A DNA stretch of 64,000 nucleotides from a phage. The DNA lies in assembly GCA_026683435.1 (NCBI GenBank), contig GCA_026683435.1_4866.1. One strand, written 5' to 3'. The translations under genes were made by a program, and so were the position numbers. Below the pieces are notes generated by a model. That model was not told where the DNA came from. It made no database searches and was given only the letters and a program-made list of their open reading frames with translations. Within the stretch, counting starts at the first letter, position 1, and each line of letters opens with the position of its first letter. Shown here in pieces: positions 21,485 to 31,133 of the stretch.

Positions 21485-22015
21485 TTAGAGATAGTGTTCC
21501 ACTATCACTTCTAACTCGCGGAAGATATGTGCGGTTTGATTAAACAGCGTATCCTGCTCGGGTGTTTGTTTATCAAATGCACGCTGATACAGTTCTAACA
21601 TAGCGAAGACTGTGCGCAGTTTTTCGCGCGCGACTTCAGGATCGGATGCACCGAAATAGTGATCAAGCCATCGTGGTTCTGAACTCTCTCCTTTTCTATC
21701 GATTGCCTCAGGCAACTCTAACCAACGTTGATTGGGAATGTTGCTACTGGATACACGGTTATACTCAGAAATGAAGAATTCCAATCGCTCCACCAACGTG
21801 TCAAAATCTCGAATACGTAATTCGAGTTGTCCACGCAATGAAAAAGGAAGGTATTCTTTCCCATTATATTCCAGAGGCTCTGTAATGAGTTCTAAGCCCA
21901 CCATCACTCTGTGCAGGGTGTTATGGGTATTCTTATGAAACTCAGCCTCCAAAGAGCGTCTGCGAGCTTCTACAGCCTTACGACGCAGGAGTGTTGAAAG
22001 CCATTTAAAAAGCAT
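21485..22015 (-). CDS. hypothetical protein
   Basis: 176-aa ORF. Confidence 0.65.
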   Translation of the reverse strand: MLFKWLSTLLRRKAVEARRRSLEAEFHKNTHNTLHRVMVGLELITEPLEYNGKEYLPFSLRGQLELRIRDFDTLVERLEFFISEYNRVSSSNIPNQRWLELPEAIDRKGESSEPRWLDHYFGASDPEVAREKLRTVFAMLELYQRAFDKQTPEQDTLFNQTAHIFRELEVIVEHYL

Positions 22016-22046
22016 AGGTGTTATCCTATTATGAGATGTTGTCTCG

Positions 22047-22081
22047 GATAGATAATATCTGTCTGAGTTCTTTTTGAGATG
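22047..22081. promoter_or_regulatory. conserved intergenic element, copy A
   Basis: GATAGATAATATCTGTCTGAGTTCTTTTTGAGATG; aligns with copies at 31167, 40259, 49531. Confidence 0.5.
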
Positions 22082-22091
22082 AGGTTATCCC

Positions 22092-22562
22092 ATGAGCGAA
22101 GAAGTGAAATACCAAGCGTTCGACGGAGATGTGGACAACGAAGATTCGCTTCTCCGCCAAACACAACAGCTACGCGTTAAGCTCGTCACGGATATGGTGA
22201 ACGACGGTGAAGTACACAAAGACTTAAAAGCCGTCGACCGAATCGAACGCCTAATCAACGGCATCGACAAACAGGTCATGACGAAGCGGAAAATTAAAGC
22301 TGCTGAGAAAGGCGCTGAGGCGACTCAAGATTTGGCCAACAGTTTAAACGGCTTCTTAATGACCCGTGCTGGCGTTGGTATCAAACGTCACGATGATGAA
22401 GAAGATTTAAATAACGGATACCAACCCACCGTCCCACAGATTGCCGCAGTACGGCCTCCGAAAGAAGGTGAGTTGGCACCAGTAGGCGAAAAGATTGACG
22501 TTGACCAGATCATGGCGTCTGCGTTTGCGAGTCGTCGTCCTGCTGATGACGACGAAGACTAA
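22092..22562 (+). CDS. acidic hypothetical protein
   Basis: 156-aa ORF with RBS gaggt; lone plus-strand gene in a minus block. Confidence 0.6.
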   Translation: MSEEVKYQAFDGDVDNEDSLLRQTQQLRVKLVTDMVNDGEVHKDLKAVDRIERLINGIDKQVMTKRKIKAAEKGAEATQDLANSLNGFLMTRAGVGIKRHDDEEDLNNGYQPTVPQIAAVRPPKEGELAPVGEKIDVDQIMASAFASRRPADDDED

Positions 22563-23238
22563 ACAGCGCAGTGTCCTTTACGTCAGTACCGACGTATTGT
22601 GCAAGAAAACGGGTGGACTCCTTAAAGGGGTTCACCTTATCTCTTTTTATTTGCGCGATTGCTTCTTCCGTTAATTCGCTGGTCAGCATACTCGGTCGGG
22701 TAATCGTAAAATCCGGAATCGGTTTCTGGAAATGGTTCGCGTGTTGTTCTATCCACGGATACCAATCGTACATTATCCAACCATCCCATGCAGATGCAAG
22801 TCGTCCTGGTGTAAGATCGCTGTGAGGAATAACAACGACGTCTACTTGCACTTCGTTATAGTAGTAACGCAGTTCTTCCAAAAACGCATGACGTTCTTCA
22901 TCATCGAGATCAGCGTATGGCCACAGGTTAAACGTTAAGACAGGTCGCTCGATAGGAGCGTGCATCTGTATCGTCATTAACATTGCCTGTACTTCGTTCT
23001 TTAGCGTAAGCAACATTTCTGTTGGCTGCGCGTTCTGCAACGCGCGTTTATCACGCTCCGCGAACTTTTTATTCCAGTCCTGAATTCCTACCACTTCGGC
23101 CCACGCATCTGTGAACCGCATCCGATACACTTCTAAATCAAGCTTCTCTAATACATCAGGCTGCAGCACTTTCGCCCAACCAATTCGTGTATCGAAGATT
23201 GTGTCGATATCGACTAAGAAACGGCGTCCTAATCTCAT
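22510..23238 (-). CDS. hypothetical protein
   Basis: 242-aa ORF. Confidence 0.65.
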   Translation of the reverse strand: MRLGRRFLVDIDTIFDTRIGWAKVLQPDVLEKLDLEVYRMRFTDAWAEVVGIQDWNKKFAERDKRALQNAQPTEMLLTLKNEVQAMLMTIQMHAPIERPVLTFNLWPYADLDDEERHAFLEELRYYYNEVQVDVVVIPHSDLTPGRLASAWDGWIMYDWYPWIEQHANHFQKPIPDFTITRPSMLTSELTEEAIAQIKRDKVNPFKESTRFLAQYVGTDVKDTALFSLRRHQQDDDSQTQTP

Positions 23239-23903
23239 TCCGGGCGTCCTAAGTTGTTACCGATGTGCATTGCTTTAAAGTACGAAGACCATGTACGCGG
23301 CGCTTTTGAACTAGTACGCTCAGCCCCTTCCAGGTTGATGCGACCTTTACCGGTTTGCCGTAGCGATTGATAGAACGCACGTTGTAACGTATCGTTACCA
23401 CCACGCGCCCACAGGAACTCCTGGAGCGTTGAGTCGTGTCCATCCGAGTACATGATGTACGCTTCTGGAAACGAAACACCCGAAGCTTTGGAAGGCCCTA
23501 CTACCTGACCTGAGAGTTTATCGCGGACTTTATCGTTCTTCGCCACCGCCATTTTCTTCTCATGCATCTGCGTCTGGCGACGTGCAGGCAGGCGGAAGAC
23601 TAAATGGGGGTAACGGGTACGTTGTAGGATACCGGTTTTCGGTTCCGTGAGCCACAGGCGCTGACACAAGCTCAGTCCCATCGCTTCGCAAATTTTAATA
23701 TTGCGCATATGGTCAATTTTGACCTTGCCACCAGTTGGGTTGTAAACAGGCAACCCTTCGCGCAGACGATTGAACTCTTCGTCAGACATTCGCGAGAAAG
23801 CGCGCTTGGCAGCTTCCGCGTTAATCCCGGTCGGGTCAACTAAGTTCAGTAACTGTAAAGCATAAGCTTCTGCTTTTTTTCGCCGTGCCGGGTCTAATCT
23901 CAT
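23235..23903 (-). CDS. hypothetical protein
   Basis: 222-aa ORF, 4-nt start/stop overlap with neighbour. Confidence 0.65.
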   Translation of the reverse strand: MRLDPARRKKAEAYALQLLNLVDPTGINAEAAKRAFSRMSDEEFNRLREGLPVYNPTGGKVKIDHMRNIKICEAMGLSLCQRLWLTEPKTGILQRTRYPHLVFRLPARRQTQMHEKKMAVAKNDKVRDKLSGQVVGPSKASGVSFPEAYIMYSDGHDSTLQEFLWARGGNDTLQRAFYQSLRQTGKGRINLEGAERTSSKAPRTWSSYFKAMHIGNNLGRPE

Positions 23904-24175
23904 TTTTTCATCCTCTCGCGGAGCACTGGAAGAACCACACGTTCCAGGTCTTCAATCCAGTACGGGATATCTTCATTGTGTTCAGGCACACCGACCGCAT
24001 CAACCTTCGGTTTATCATTAATCAGGTTGCCGTAATGGGCATTTACCTGATGACTAAATTCAGACAGTGCATGTCGCGGTGCTGAGAACTCGTTATGGAA
24101 CGCGGTGCTAAGTTCCTGGCTAATACCAGCGAGACCCAGACACAGACGCTCTACAATATCTTTCTGATAACGCAT
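23900..24175 (-). CDS. hypothetical protein
   Basis: 91-aa ORF, 4-nt overlap with upstream gene. Confidence 0.5.
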   Translation of the reverse strand: MRYQKDIVERLCLGLAGISQELSTAFHNEFSAPRHALSEFSHQVNAHYGNLINDKPKVDAVGVPEHNEDIPYWIEDLERVVLPVLRERMKK

Positions 24176-24200
24176 CGCTAATCCTCAGGGGGAAAAAACA

Positions 24201-24216
24201 GGCGGGTTGCCCCGCC
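24201..24216 (-). terminator. intrinsic terminator (minus strand)
   Basis: hairpin ggcggg-ttgc-cccgcc with T-run on minus strand. Confidence 0.5.
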
Positions 24217-24221
24217 CATGC

Positions 24222-25715
24222 TTATTTCTTCTTAGTCAAGAACTTAGGTTCCAGACCATCCACGGCCATCGCCAGTAATGACATTGCTGTTAAGCAACGC
24301 TTACCACCTTTGACTTCCTGATCCTTGAACATCCAGTATTCCACTGTATTGTCCAGAATTTCATTCCAGTCCCACTTTTCGTCGATAACTTTATAAAGCT
24401 CCGCCGGTGAGAGATGGTACTTCATTTCCAGTCGGTGGTAGTTATTCTGCATGTACGCTAGTGCGGCGGTGATTTCCAACGCACGGCGCAAACGCGGGTT
24501 GCTGTCACACATGTCGCGAATCGTGGTACGCATGAAAGATGTACCAGGTAGCAAATCGAGGGTATAGTTAGCACCACTACGTTTGTAGCCCCATTCATCT
24601 TTCAGTGTGTCGCTCAGGTAATGCCACAGAGAGAGGTGATAAAGCAGACCCATCTCCTGCGAGAAGACCATTTTGAACTTAACGCCTGTGTGACCACCCT
24701 TCGCACGGTACTGCGTGAAAACAATTTCTTTCAGGTCGTTCACCGAAGCATTCATTGCTTTCGAACGCGCAGTCGGGTATTTCTCTTCGTTTACACCGGT
24801 CTTCGCGTTGTAAGTCTGATCCTGCTTCAACTCACCAGACTTGGTTGCAACCAGCAGGGAGTTAGTTAAGAACGACAACTGACGGCGCGGGATACCCGCA
24901 AACTTCAGATCATCGCCTGCATCGTCCAGCAGTTTACCGTTCGCCTTCGGTCCACCACGGCCACCTGCCGCCATTGCTTTACCCGCATCGTCGGCCAACT
25001 GAGCAACGAAGCCCATATAGAAACCACCACGCGCAAACGCAGACGGCCAACGGCTCATCATATTCGATTTCTGCAACGCATCGTGGGCGTTCAGGATGTT
25101 CTGTTCAGAATCACCGACTTCTGATTTGGCATGTTTCTCTTCCAGGGAAGAAGTGTGCCATTCGGACAGGGAGTCAATCGAGTACAACCACGGGTCGAGA
25201 ATCTTTTTCGCAGAGCGACGGATTGGGTCCGGGAACGGTGTTTCGCGTGCCTTACCAGCCATGTACTCTTTGAAACGTTTTTCGACTTCGTCACGGATAT
25301 AAGCAGAGTAATACTCCTCACCCGCCATGATATCCGAGCCAACCATGTTGTAACGACCTTCGTGGATCAGGTCCAGCACGCCGCCCGTTGGTGGTACTTC
25401 TAATCCGTTTGCTTTCGCTGCGGAAATGTACCCTGTTTCCAGACGACTTAATGCTGCCGTAACTTCGGTATCATATTTCGATCCCCAGGCTGCATTATAA
25501 CGTTGCAGAATCATGAAAATACAGAAGTCCAATAAGGTGGACTTAAAGGTATTCCCACGACCTGCGAAGCCCATGATGTGGGCAAAACCACCGTTGAGGT
25601 AGTACAAACCATCTTCCCCGCGCTCGTAGTTACCGAGAGCGTGGTCCATGATGGTATATACGTTAAAACGAGGGCGAATCACTTCACCCATGACTTGTTT
25701 AGCTGGACCTGCCAT
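24222..25715 (-). CDS. hypothetical protein (497 aa)
   Basis: long ORF; no family recognised by eye. Confidence 0.75.
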   Translation of the reverse strand: MAGPAKQVMGEVIRPRFNVYTIMDHALGNYERGEDGLYYLNGGFAHIMGFAGRGNTFKSTLLDFCIFMILQRYNAAWGSKYDTEVTAALSRLETGYISAAKANGLEVPPTGGVLDLIHEGRYNMVGSDIMAGEEYYSAYIRDEVEKRFKEYMAGKARETPFPDPIRRSAKKILDPWLYSIDSLSEWHTSSLEEKHAKSEVGDSEQNILNAHDALQKSNMMSRWPSAFARGGFYMGFVAQLADDAGKAMAAGGRGGPKANGKLLDDAGDDLKFAGIPRRQLSFLTNSLLVATKSGELKQDQTYNAKTGVNEEKYPTARSKAMNASVNDLKEIVFTQYRAKGGHTGVKFKMVFSQEMGLLYHLSLWHYLSDTLKDEWGYKRSGANYTLDLLPGTSFMRTTIRDMCDSNPRLRRALEITAALAYMQNNYHRLEMKYHLSPAELYKVIDEKWDWNEILDNTVEYWMFKDQEVKGGKRCLTAMSLLAMAVDGLEPKFLTKKK

Positions 25716-25730
25716 TTAGCGCTCCGTCAA

Positions 25731-26030
25731 TTAGCGTTTTTTCAGTGGGAGTAACAGACGACGTTTATGCCAAACTTCGAAATGCATTTCTGCCCACTCG
25801 GTGACTTGACTGTCATCTTTAGGGTTGATATTAGAAATGCTTTTGAAGCGGTTACGGTTACGTTCGTCGATTTCGATTTCCAGAACGCGTTGACCATCAG
25901 CACGTGTGGTCACGTTCAGGATTTTACCAACCACGATCGGACTACCATCGGTATTCTTCTTCGTCGGGGTGGTGTAAATCTCAGGTTCGATACGAGAGGT
26001 TAAAGCGCGAGTCAGTAATTTGATTCTCAT
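25731..26030 (-). CDS. hypothetical protein
   Basis: 99-aa ORF. Confidence 0.55.
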   Translation of the reverse strand: MRIKLLTRALTSRIEPEIYTTPTKKNTDGSPIVVGKILNVTTRADGQRVLEIEIDERNRNRFKSISNINPKDDSQVTEWAEMHFEVWHKRRLLLPLKKR

Positions 26031-26128
26031 CAGATGTTACCTTTTTGCAGTTCTCGTACATAAGGTTTGGGTGATACGTAAAAGACTTACTATGTAGCCC
26101 AATCCCTTATATATTCGAGGTTGATAGA

Positions 26129-26884
26129 ATGAATGTTAATCCACTTGCAGCGTTGTCGGGCTTTGTTGCCAAAGCATCCACGATTCTGCCTAAAGCCTTT
26201 AGCGGCTCTCAACAGGAACTCGCGCTGACCACCTATGACGACATGTCTGATGTGTCCAAGTGGATGCAGCAAGAGAAGTTTTTAAACTTTACCGGAATGC
26301 TTGTACCCGTACCACCGGGCTTCAACACGTATGTGATGGACCACATAGAACGGTTGGAATCTGTATGGGCTGTGCTCCAGAAGATTCAGGAAGGGGTTTT
26401 AAGTCCCATCGACAAACGTTTCGGCGCGATGACCCACGACCTGGGCATGTTAACTCTGCCGATTGGGTTTAAGTTCAAAGACCTGAACTATCCACTGAAA
26501 AACATTAACCCGAAAGACCTGGTTGAGAAACTGGCGAAGTCGTACACCAACAATGTGATCGACCAGCGTGCGATTGAAAAGACCTACCACAGTGCAGGTG
26601 AGATTGACGTTGCGTTTAATCGTGCCAAAGCGCTGAACCTGGAAGTGACTAAGAAACTCCAGAAAGGTATTGACCGTACAGTTGAAAGCATCAACGTCTC
26701 TGTAGACATTATCTCTAATTCACAAGTCCATCCTAATGTGGCGGCAGAGTTAGTGAAAATGGCTGACATGGGTGCTGACTGGGTTGAGCTGTTCGGACTG
26801 TTTATGAAACAGATTAATGAACTGACAGAATGCCTGAACGTAACCGGTGATCGCCTCAAGACCCTGAAAGCAAACAAAAAATAA
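26129..26884 (+). CDS. hypothetical protein
   Basis: 251-aa ORF followed by strong bidirectional terminator. Confidence 0.7.
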   Translation: MNVNPLAALSGFVAKASTILPKAFSGSQQELALTTYDDMSDVSKWMQQEKFLNFTGMLVPVPPGFNTYVMDHIERLESVWAVLQKIQEGVLSPIDKRFGAMTHDLGMLTLPIGFKFKDLNYPLKNINPKDLVEKLAKSYTNNVIDQRAIEKTYHSAGEIDVAFNRAKALNLEVTKKLQKGIDRTVESINVSVDIISNSQVHPNVAAELVKMADMGADWVELFGLFMKQINELTECLNVTGDRLKTLKANKK

Positions 26885-26900
26885 AAAAAAATAAGCATTA

Positions 26901-26923
26901 CCCACTCCCATAAGGGGAGTGGG
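26901..26923. terminator. bidirectional intrinsic terminator
   Basis: hairpin cccactccc-ataa-ggggagtggg flanked by A-run and T-run. Confidence 0.75.
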
Positions 26924-26934
26924 TAGGCTTTATT

Positions 26935-27858
26935 TTATTTGCATTTAGAACCGTTGACAAATGTCGGCGGTATCCATTTCAAAATCTTTGTCCGATTCCC
27001 GTCACGTGGACCGAGCCAGTAAGTACGCCAGTGTGCACGACGCATATGCGCACATCTGCTACCTTGTGTTCTTTTCTCCGTATCAGTATCAAATTCTTCA
27101 AGATACTCGCTTTGTGCTTTTACGGTGGAGAGGACAGTCGGTTTAGATTTTGGTTCAATGTGGTAATTGGCGATACGTTTCTTTCCAGTTAATTGTCTCA
27201 GTTTGACGGGTGTAGGGTTGTGCGGGATCAGTGAGAATGTAAACATGGTAGCGCCGACAATGCGTAACGTTTTCTCATTGGCCGGCGTACCAGTTTCCGC
27301 CACACGCAAGGATACAAAGCCGTCACCCACGTCCACGATTTCAAAGGTTTCCCCCTCGATACGTTTTCCAAAAATCATCATTGTTAAACAATCTTTCCCT
27401 TTAAACATTCGCCGACCGAAAACGTAAGTCTTTTCTTGGATACCGATATCTTTAGCGCGATAGCACACTGAAAAGGAGACGGCCCAACCGGGAATCTTGT
27501 CTATCCAGCTGCGTGGTATCTCAGTGAGAACGTCGCCAAGTAGAACTTGTTCAAAAATATTAAGATCAAATTCCATTTGGATACCCCCGTATCGCCAGCC
27601 GTAGGCAAGAGACAGGAAGTCTGCGGTGCATTCTTCGGCGAAGCAGTTCTTTAGGAACGCCTCAATCGGTATAAAGTGCTGGCCTATCTCGCCACAATGG
27701 GCTATTGCGTATTGCTCGATGATGGCGGGATCTCCACTTCTGGATTTCACACGTTCGTCGATTTTAGTAAGACCGTTTAAGAAATTACTCGGGGATTCGC
27801 GCATACCGATTACATCTACATTTACCGATTCTGCCAAATCAAAAAGAAAGCTGTCCAT
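26935..27858 (-). CDS. hypothetical protein
   Basis: 307-aa ORF, RBS aaggag. Confidence 0.7.
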   Translation of the reverse strand: MDSFLFDLAESVNVDVIGMRESPSNFLNGLTKIDERVKSRSGDPAIIEQYAIAHCGEIGQHFIPIEAFLKNCFAEECTADFLSLAYGWRYGGIQMEFDLNIFEQVLLGDVLTEIPRSWIDKIPGWAVSFSVCYRAKDIGIQEKTYVFGRRMFKGKDCLTMMIFGKRIEGETFEIVDVGDGFVSLRVAETGTPANEKTLRIVGATMFTFSLIPHNPTPVKLRQLTGKKRIANYHIEPKSKPTVLSTVKAQSEYLEEFDTDTEKRTQGSRCAHMRRAHWRTYWLGPRDGNRTKILKWIPPTFVNGSKCK

Positions 27859-27898
27859 TTAATACTCCTTTAGATTAATGGTCGATTAAAATAAAACT

Positions 27899-27922
27899 AC
27901 GGACACTCCGAAGAGTGTCCGT
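27899..27922 (-). terminator. intrinsic terminator (minus strand)
   Basis: hairpin acggacactc-cgaa-gagtgtccgt. Confidence 0.65.
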
Positions 27923-27926
27923 TTAA

Positions 27927-28469
27927 CTAGAATTTACTAATAGCGAGTGGCTGCATTGGCTCAATCACAATCAGTATTTCTTTCAGACGTGAAACGATAT
28001 GCTCCCAGACCTGCGCTTCGAGATGACGTAGCATAGTGGTGAACTCCTCCATATACATCTTTTTATACTCTTCGCGGTTGAGATTTTCCCACGCTTCTTT
28101 CAATGGGCCTGCTTCCGGTCCAGACATCTTAATCATCATTTCGATGTCCTTCATTTCATCAAAGGCTTTACCGACCTTATCAATAACCTCATCGGTCTTG
28201 AGTTCGAGTGAGAAGCGACCCATCTTAGACTGCAGGAAGCCGTCTTCAATGTCTTCGTCGTTGTATTCGAAACACGCAATACGTTGCGCGAGTTGATGAA
28301 CTTCATTTACCGCGATATTGACATACGCTGCAGAGATAAGCCCAGCGAGGTGCTGACGATCGATATTCTTCGGTATTAGATAGTCTTCACACTTACGCTT
28401 AAACTCGAACAACGCCGCTGGAAATATTTCACGAAATTCGTCATCGAGTAAGTCAATGAATATCTTCAT
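27927..28469 (-). CDS. hypothetical protein, tandem paralog family member 1
   Basis: 180-aa ORF; N-terminus MKIFIDLL. Confidence 0.7.
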   Translation of the reverse strand: MKIFIDLLDDEFREIFPAALFEFKRKCEDYLIPKNIDRQHLAGLISAAYVNIAVNEVHQLAQRIACFEYNDEDIEDGFLQSKMGRFSLELKTDEVIDKVGKAFDEMKDIEMMIKMSGPEAGPLKEAWENLNREEYKKMYMEEFTTMLRHLEAQVWEHIVSRLKEILIVIEPMQPLAISKF

Positions 28470-28479
28470 TCAACACCCT

Positions 28480-29049
28480 CTATAGTTGAAAACTGAAACG
28501 CAAATGGATTTCCCTTACCGTATCTACCACTTTCCGATAAACGTCTCCCATCACATCCCTCAAATCACGCTCAAGCAGATACACGATTTTCTCACACAGC
28601 TCGCTGCTAAAAGGATAACGTGTCACTGTATAACTGCCCGGATGTTTTTCGGCATGTTCGATGATTGCTTTATCACTAACGGCATACGCGGCAACACGCT
28701 TGCCGTCGTCACGATAGACTACATAAGCGATGTTGTCGAAAGACTCGACGTGGCGTCGAAAATTCGCTACCAAATCCGAAACATCATCGCGTTCAGTCAG
28801 CGAAGTTATTCTGCCAGCATAAACCCCATCGACCAGATCGGCATCAGTAATCTCAACCTGTAAAACGCGCTCCGTTAACGCAATCAAATCTTTCAAAAAG
28901 GGATTGAGCAGCAGCAACATGATGTGCTTTCGATGTTCTTCAGGCATGATACTCTCAAGCATGGCGTCGTAATCTCTGTTGAGAGTTTCGATGAGGCCTT
29001 TCCACATTTCCTCATGCCCAGGCGTGGTCAGATCAAGGTAGATTTTCAT
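28480..29049 (-). CDS. hypothetical protein, tandem paralog family member 2
   Basis: 189-aa ORF; N-terminus MKIYLDLT. Confidence 0.7.
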   Translation of the reverse strand: MKIYLDLTTPGHEEMWKGLIETLNRDYDAMLESIMPEEHRKHIMLLLLNPFLKDLIALTERVLQVEITDADLVDGVYAGRITSLTERDDVSDLVANFRRHVESFDNIAYVVYRDDGKRVAAYAVSDKAIIEHAEKHPGSYTVTRYPFSSELCEKIVYLLERDLRDVMGDVYRKVVDTVREIHLRFSFQL

Positions 29050-29585
29050 TCAATAACCTCCCCATATTTCTCGCCGAGGTACAACAGCTCACGGCGACAG
29101 ATAGCCAGCACTTTCATTTCCGCTTCACGATACAACTTGGTGATTTTGTCAATGATTGGCTGGTCAACGATATCAGACCATGTTACCGTGTCCGTAACGT
29201 TTGACGATTGTCCGTTAATGACCACAGCAACGTACGTCTCGCCGAGGTTCTCTTGATGTAACCCCGCCAGAGATTCACCGACCTTATCAAAGGCTTCACT
29301 CAACAAGTCGGTGATTTGGTCCGTCCCTTCTACCAGTTCAAAACGATGGGGATAGTTCAGAATGTTACGCAGCCGCGTGAACATACGTTCAATAAGCTGA
29401 TTTACCATATCCCCAGTGTCACAGATAGTCACATCTACACCCGAACCTATTTCGTCAGACAAACGATTTTCGTGGACGGCCAACGCATCGTGAAGTTCAA
29501 ATTCCACGTCACGTTTTAATCCTAACAGAATTTCATCTAGCTGACGTCTCGACTCCGACAGAGCGAAGTCAATTACGATTTGCAT
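29046..29585 (-). CDS. hypothetical protein, tandem paralog family member 3
   Basis: 179-aa ORF; N-terminus MQIVIDFA. Confidence 0.7.
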   Translation of the reverse strand: MQIVIDFALSESRRQLDEILLGLKRDVEFELHDALAVHENRLSDEIGSGVDVTICDTGDMVNQLIERMFTRLRNILNYPHRFELVEGTDQITDLLSEAFDKVGESLAGLHQENLGETYVAVVINGQSSNVTDTVTWSDIVDQPIIDKITKLYREAEMKVLAICRRELLYLGEKYGEVIE

Positions 29586-29595
29586 CTAATGCTCC

Positions 29596-30003
29596 TTAAA
29601 AGTTACTTAACTCGGGCTGCGTATACCAGTATCTGCACGCTACGAGATCCACAACGTTATATTTCAGTTGTCCACCGTGCTGTGACGTGTCTGCCAATTC
29701 ACGCGCAAGCTTGAACGCCAAGTCTCCACGGTTGTCGAGGATAAGCAACACAACACGTTGCACCTCATTAAAGATATCCAGTTCACGTAAACAACTGTAG
29801 CGGTCGCTAAGATGCTTAATAACGCCTTTATAAACATCTCCTGGTACAGCAGTGCCATTTTCTGCCGCGTGGAATGAAACAAGCACGATTTTAATTAAAA
29901 TCTCGACAACCATGGAGTATATCATTCCACGGTTGCCGTTAATTTCCACATGCTTTAGATACTCTTGCAAGTCCATCAATGACTCGCTATACACCTTTAA
30001 CAT
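29596..30003 (-). CDS. hypothetical protein
   Basis: ORF track 29596..30084; start moved to ATG 30003 (MLKVYSESL) to avoid 71-nt overlap. Confidence 0.5.
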   Translation of the reverse strand: MLKVYSESLMDLQEYLKHVEINGNRGMIYSMVVEILIKIVLVSFHAAENGTAVPGDVYKGVIKHLSDRYSCLRELDIFNEVQRVVLLILDNRGDLAFKLARELADTSQHGGQLKYNVVDLVACRYWYTQPELSNF

Positions 30004-30013
30004 ACCGCCCCCA

Positions 30014-30385
30014 TTAGCTGGTAGCTGGCCAAACCCCCGGCGATGGAATCGCATCGTATCCACGCCATTTCTTAATGGCAACAAGGCTAGTGCCTGGGGA
30101 GCCGTCTAAATCGAAACCGACGGTTGCAACCACATCAACTTCGGTTTCTAAGTTAGAGTGGCCGATCGGAGAGAGGTGGGAGAAGCTGACGACTTTACCG
30201 CCCTGGATGGCGGTATCTCGAACTATACGAGCCATCTGTCTTATTTCTTGAGAAACTGGGCCGCGTAGGGTGGTTACCCGCGACGATAACGTCAACCAGT
30301 TTTCGCTCTCGGGTGCGACTATGTACAGAATAGTCCCTTCTTTAAAGTATTGTTTAACCAGTGTTTCAAATTCGTCTTGCGTCAT
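30014..30385 (-). CDS. hypothetical protein
   Basis: 123-aa ORF. Confidence 0.5.
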   Translation of the reverse strand: MTQDEFETLVKQYFKEGTILYIVAPESENWLTLSSRVTTLRGPVSQEIRQMARIVRDTAIQGGKVVSFSHLSPIGHSNLETEVDVVATVGFDLDGSPGTSLVAIKKWRGYDAIPSPGVWPATS

Positions 30386-30398
30386 GTTAAATACTCCT

Positions 30399-31133
30399 TC
30401 AGTAGTTTAGTTTCTCAGAGACTTCTTTACGGATGCGACACATCACCACCATCGCACCATTCGGAATTTGGCTCACGCAGTTATCCGTGTAAAACTTACC
30501 TTCACAGAGATAAAAGTCCAGACACATGGCATCGGTCAGTTCGTGCCACAGTGTGCCGAAACCGTACTGCCAAGGGCCAGAATGAACGACATCGTAATCG
30601 CCTTCAGTTATGCCAAAAGCGGCAGTAGCGGAAGACCACAGTGTTGAGGAGGTGGTATAAGTGTCATACCAGTAACCGAGCAGACGATGGTTACGACGTA
30701 TCTCAGCTAACCGCTCGTACATTGGGATGAATACATCTTCCACCTGCGTGACAAAATCAGCCAGCATCAACTTTTCCGTGAACCACTCGATCCACGCAAA
30801 GATTTGTTCTTCAACGTCTTGTTGACTTAACCCCGTGGAAGTGATACCTTCTTCGTAGCTGTAACCTTCGTAGACGTCAACAACATTAATCTCTACATGT
30901 TCTAGCGTGAACAACCGTTCGGTGTTGATGCAGTCGTACATCTCTTGTAACCACGCAGTGAAGACTTCTATACAGACGTTGATGGCTGTATACTTGAACT
31001 CGTCACGCAGAGGATACCACTGTGGGTTATCCTTTAGTTCGTTCTTCGCGAACGCGGGCCAATGCTTTTCGAACAACGCTTCAAAGAACTGGGGCGTGAG
31101 GTTTAAAAGCACTGGCACTTCGACTTTAAGCAT
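30399..31133 (-). CDS. hypothetical protein
   Basis: 244-aa ORF, RBS aaggag. Confidence 0.7.
   Translation of the reverse strand: MLKVEVPVLLNLTPQFFEALFEKHWPAFAKNELKDNPQWYPLRDEFKYTAINVCIEVFTAWLQEMYDCINTERLFTLEHVEINVVDVYEGYSYEEGITSTGLSQQDVEEQIFAWIEWFTEKLMLADFVTQVEDVFIPMYERLAEIRRNHRLLGYWYDTYTTSSTLWSSATAAFGITEGDYDVVHSGPWQYGFGTLWHELTDAMCLDFYLCEGKFYTDNCVSQIPNGAMVVMCRIRKEVSEKLNY

Noticed and set aside
22085-22279. Minus-strand 64-aa ORF antisense to the acidic protein gene
   Set aside because: Ser-rich junk-like translation fully contained in a better plus-strand ORF that has an RBS.
24222-25715. Assigning the 497-aa protein to NAMPT (a GFAGRG stretch resembles its FGYRG motif) or an RNA/DNA ligase (EDG motif)
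   Set aside because: Motif order and spacing do not match either family; left as hypothetical.
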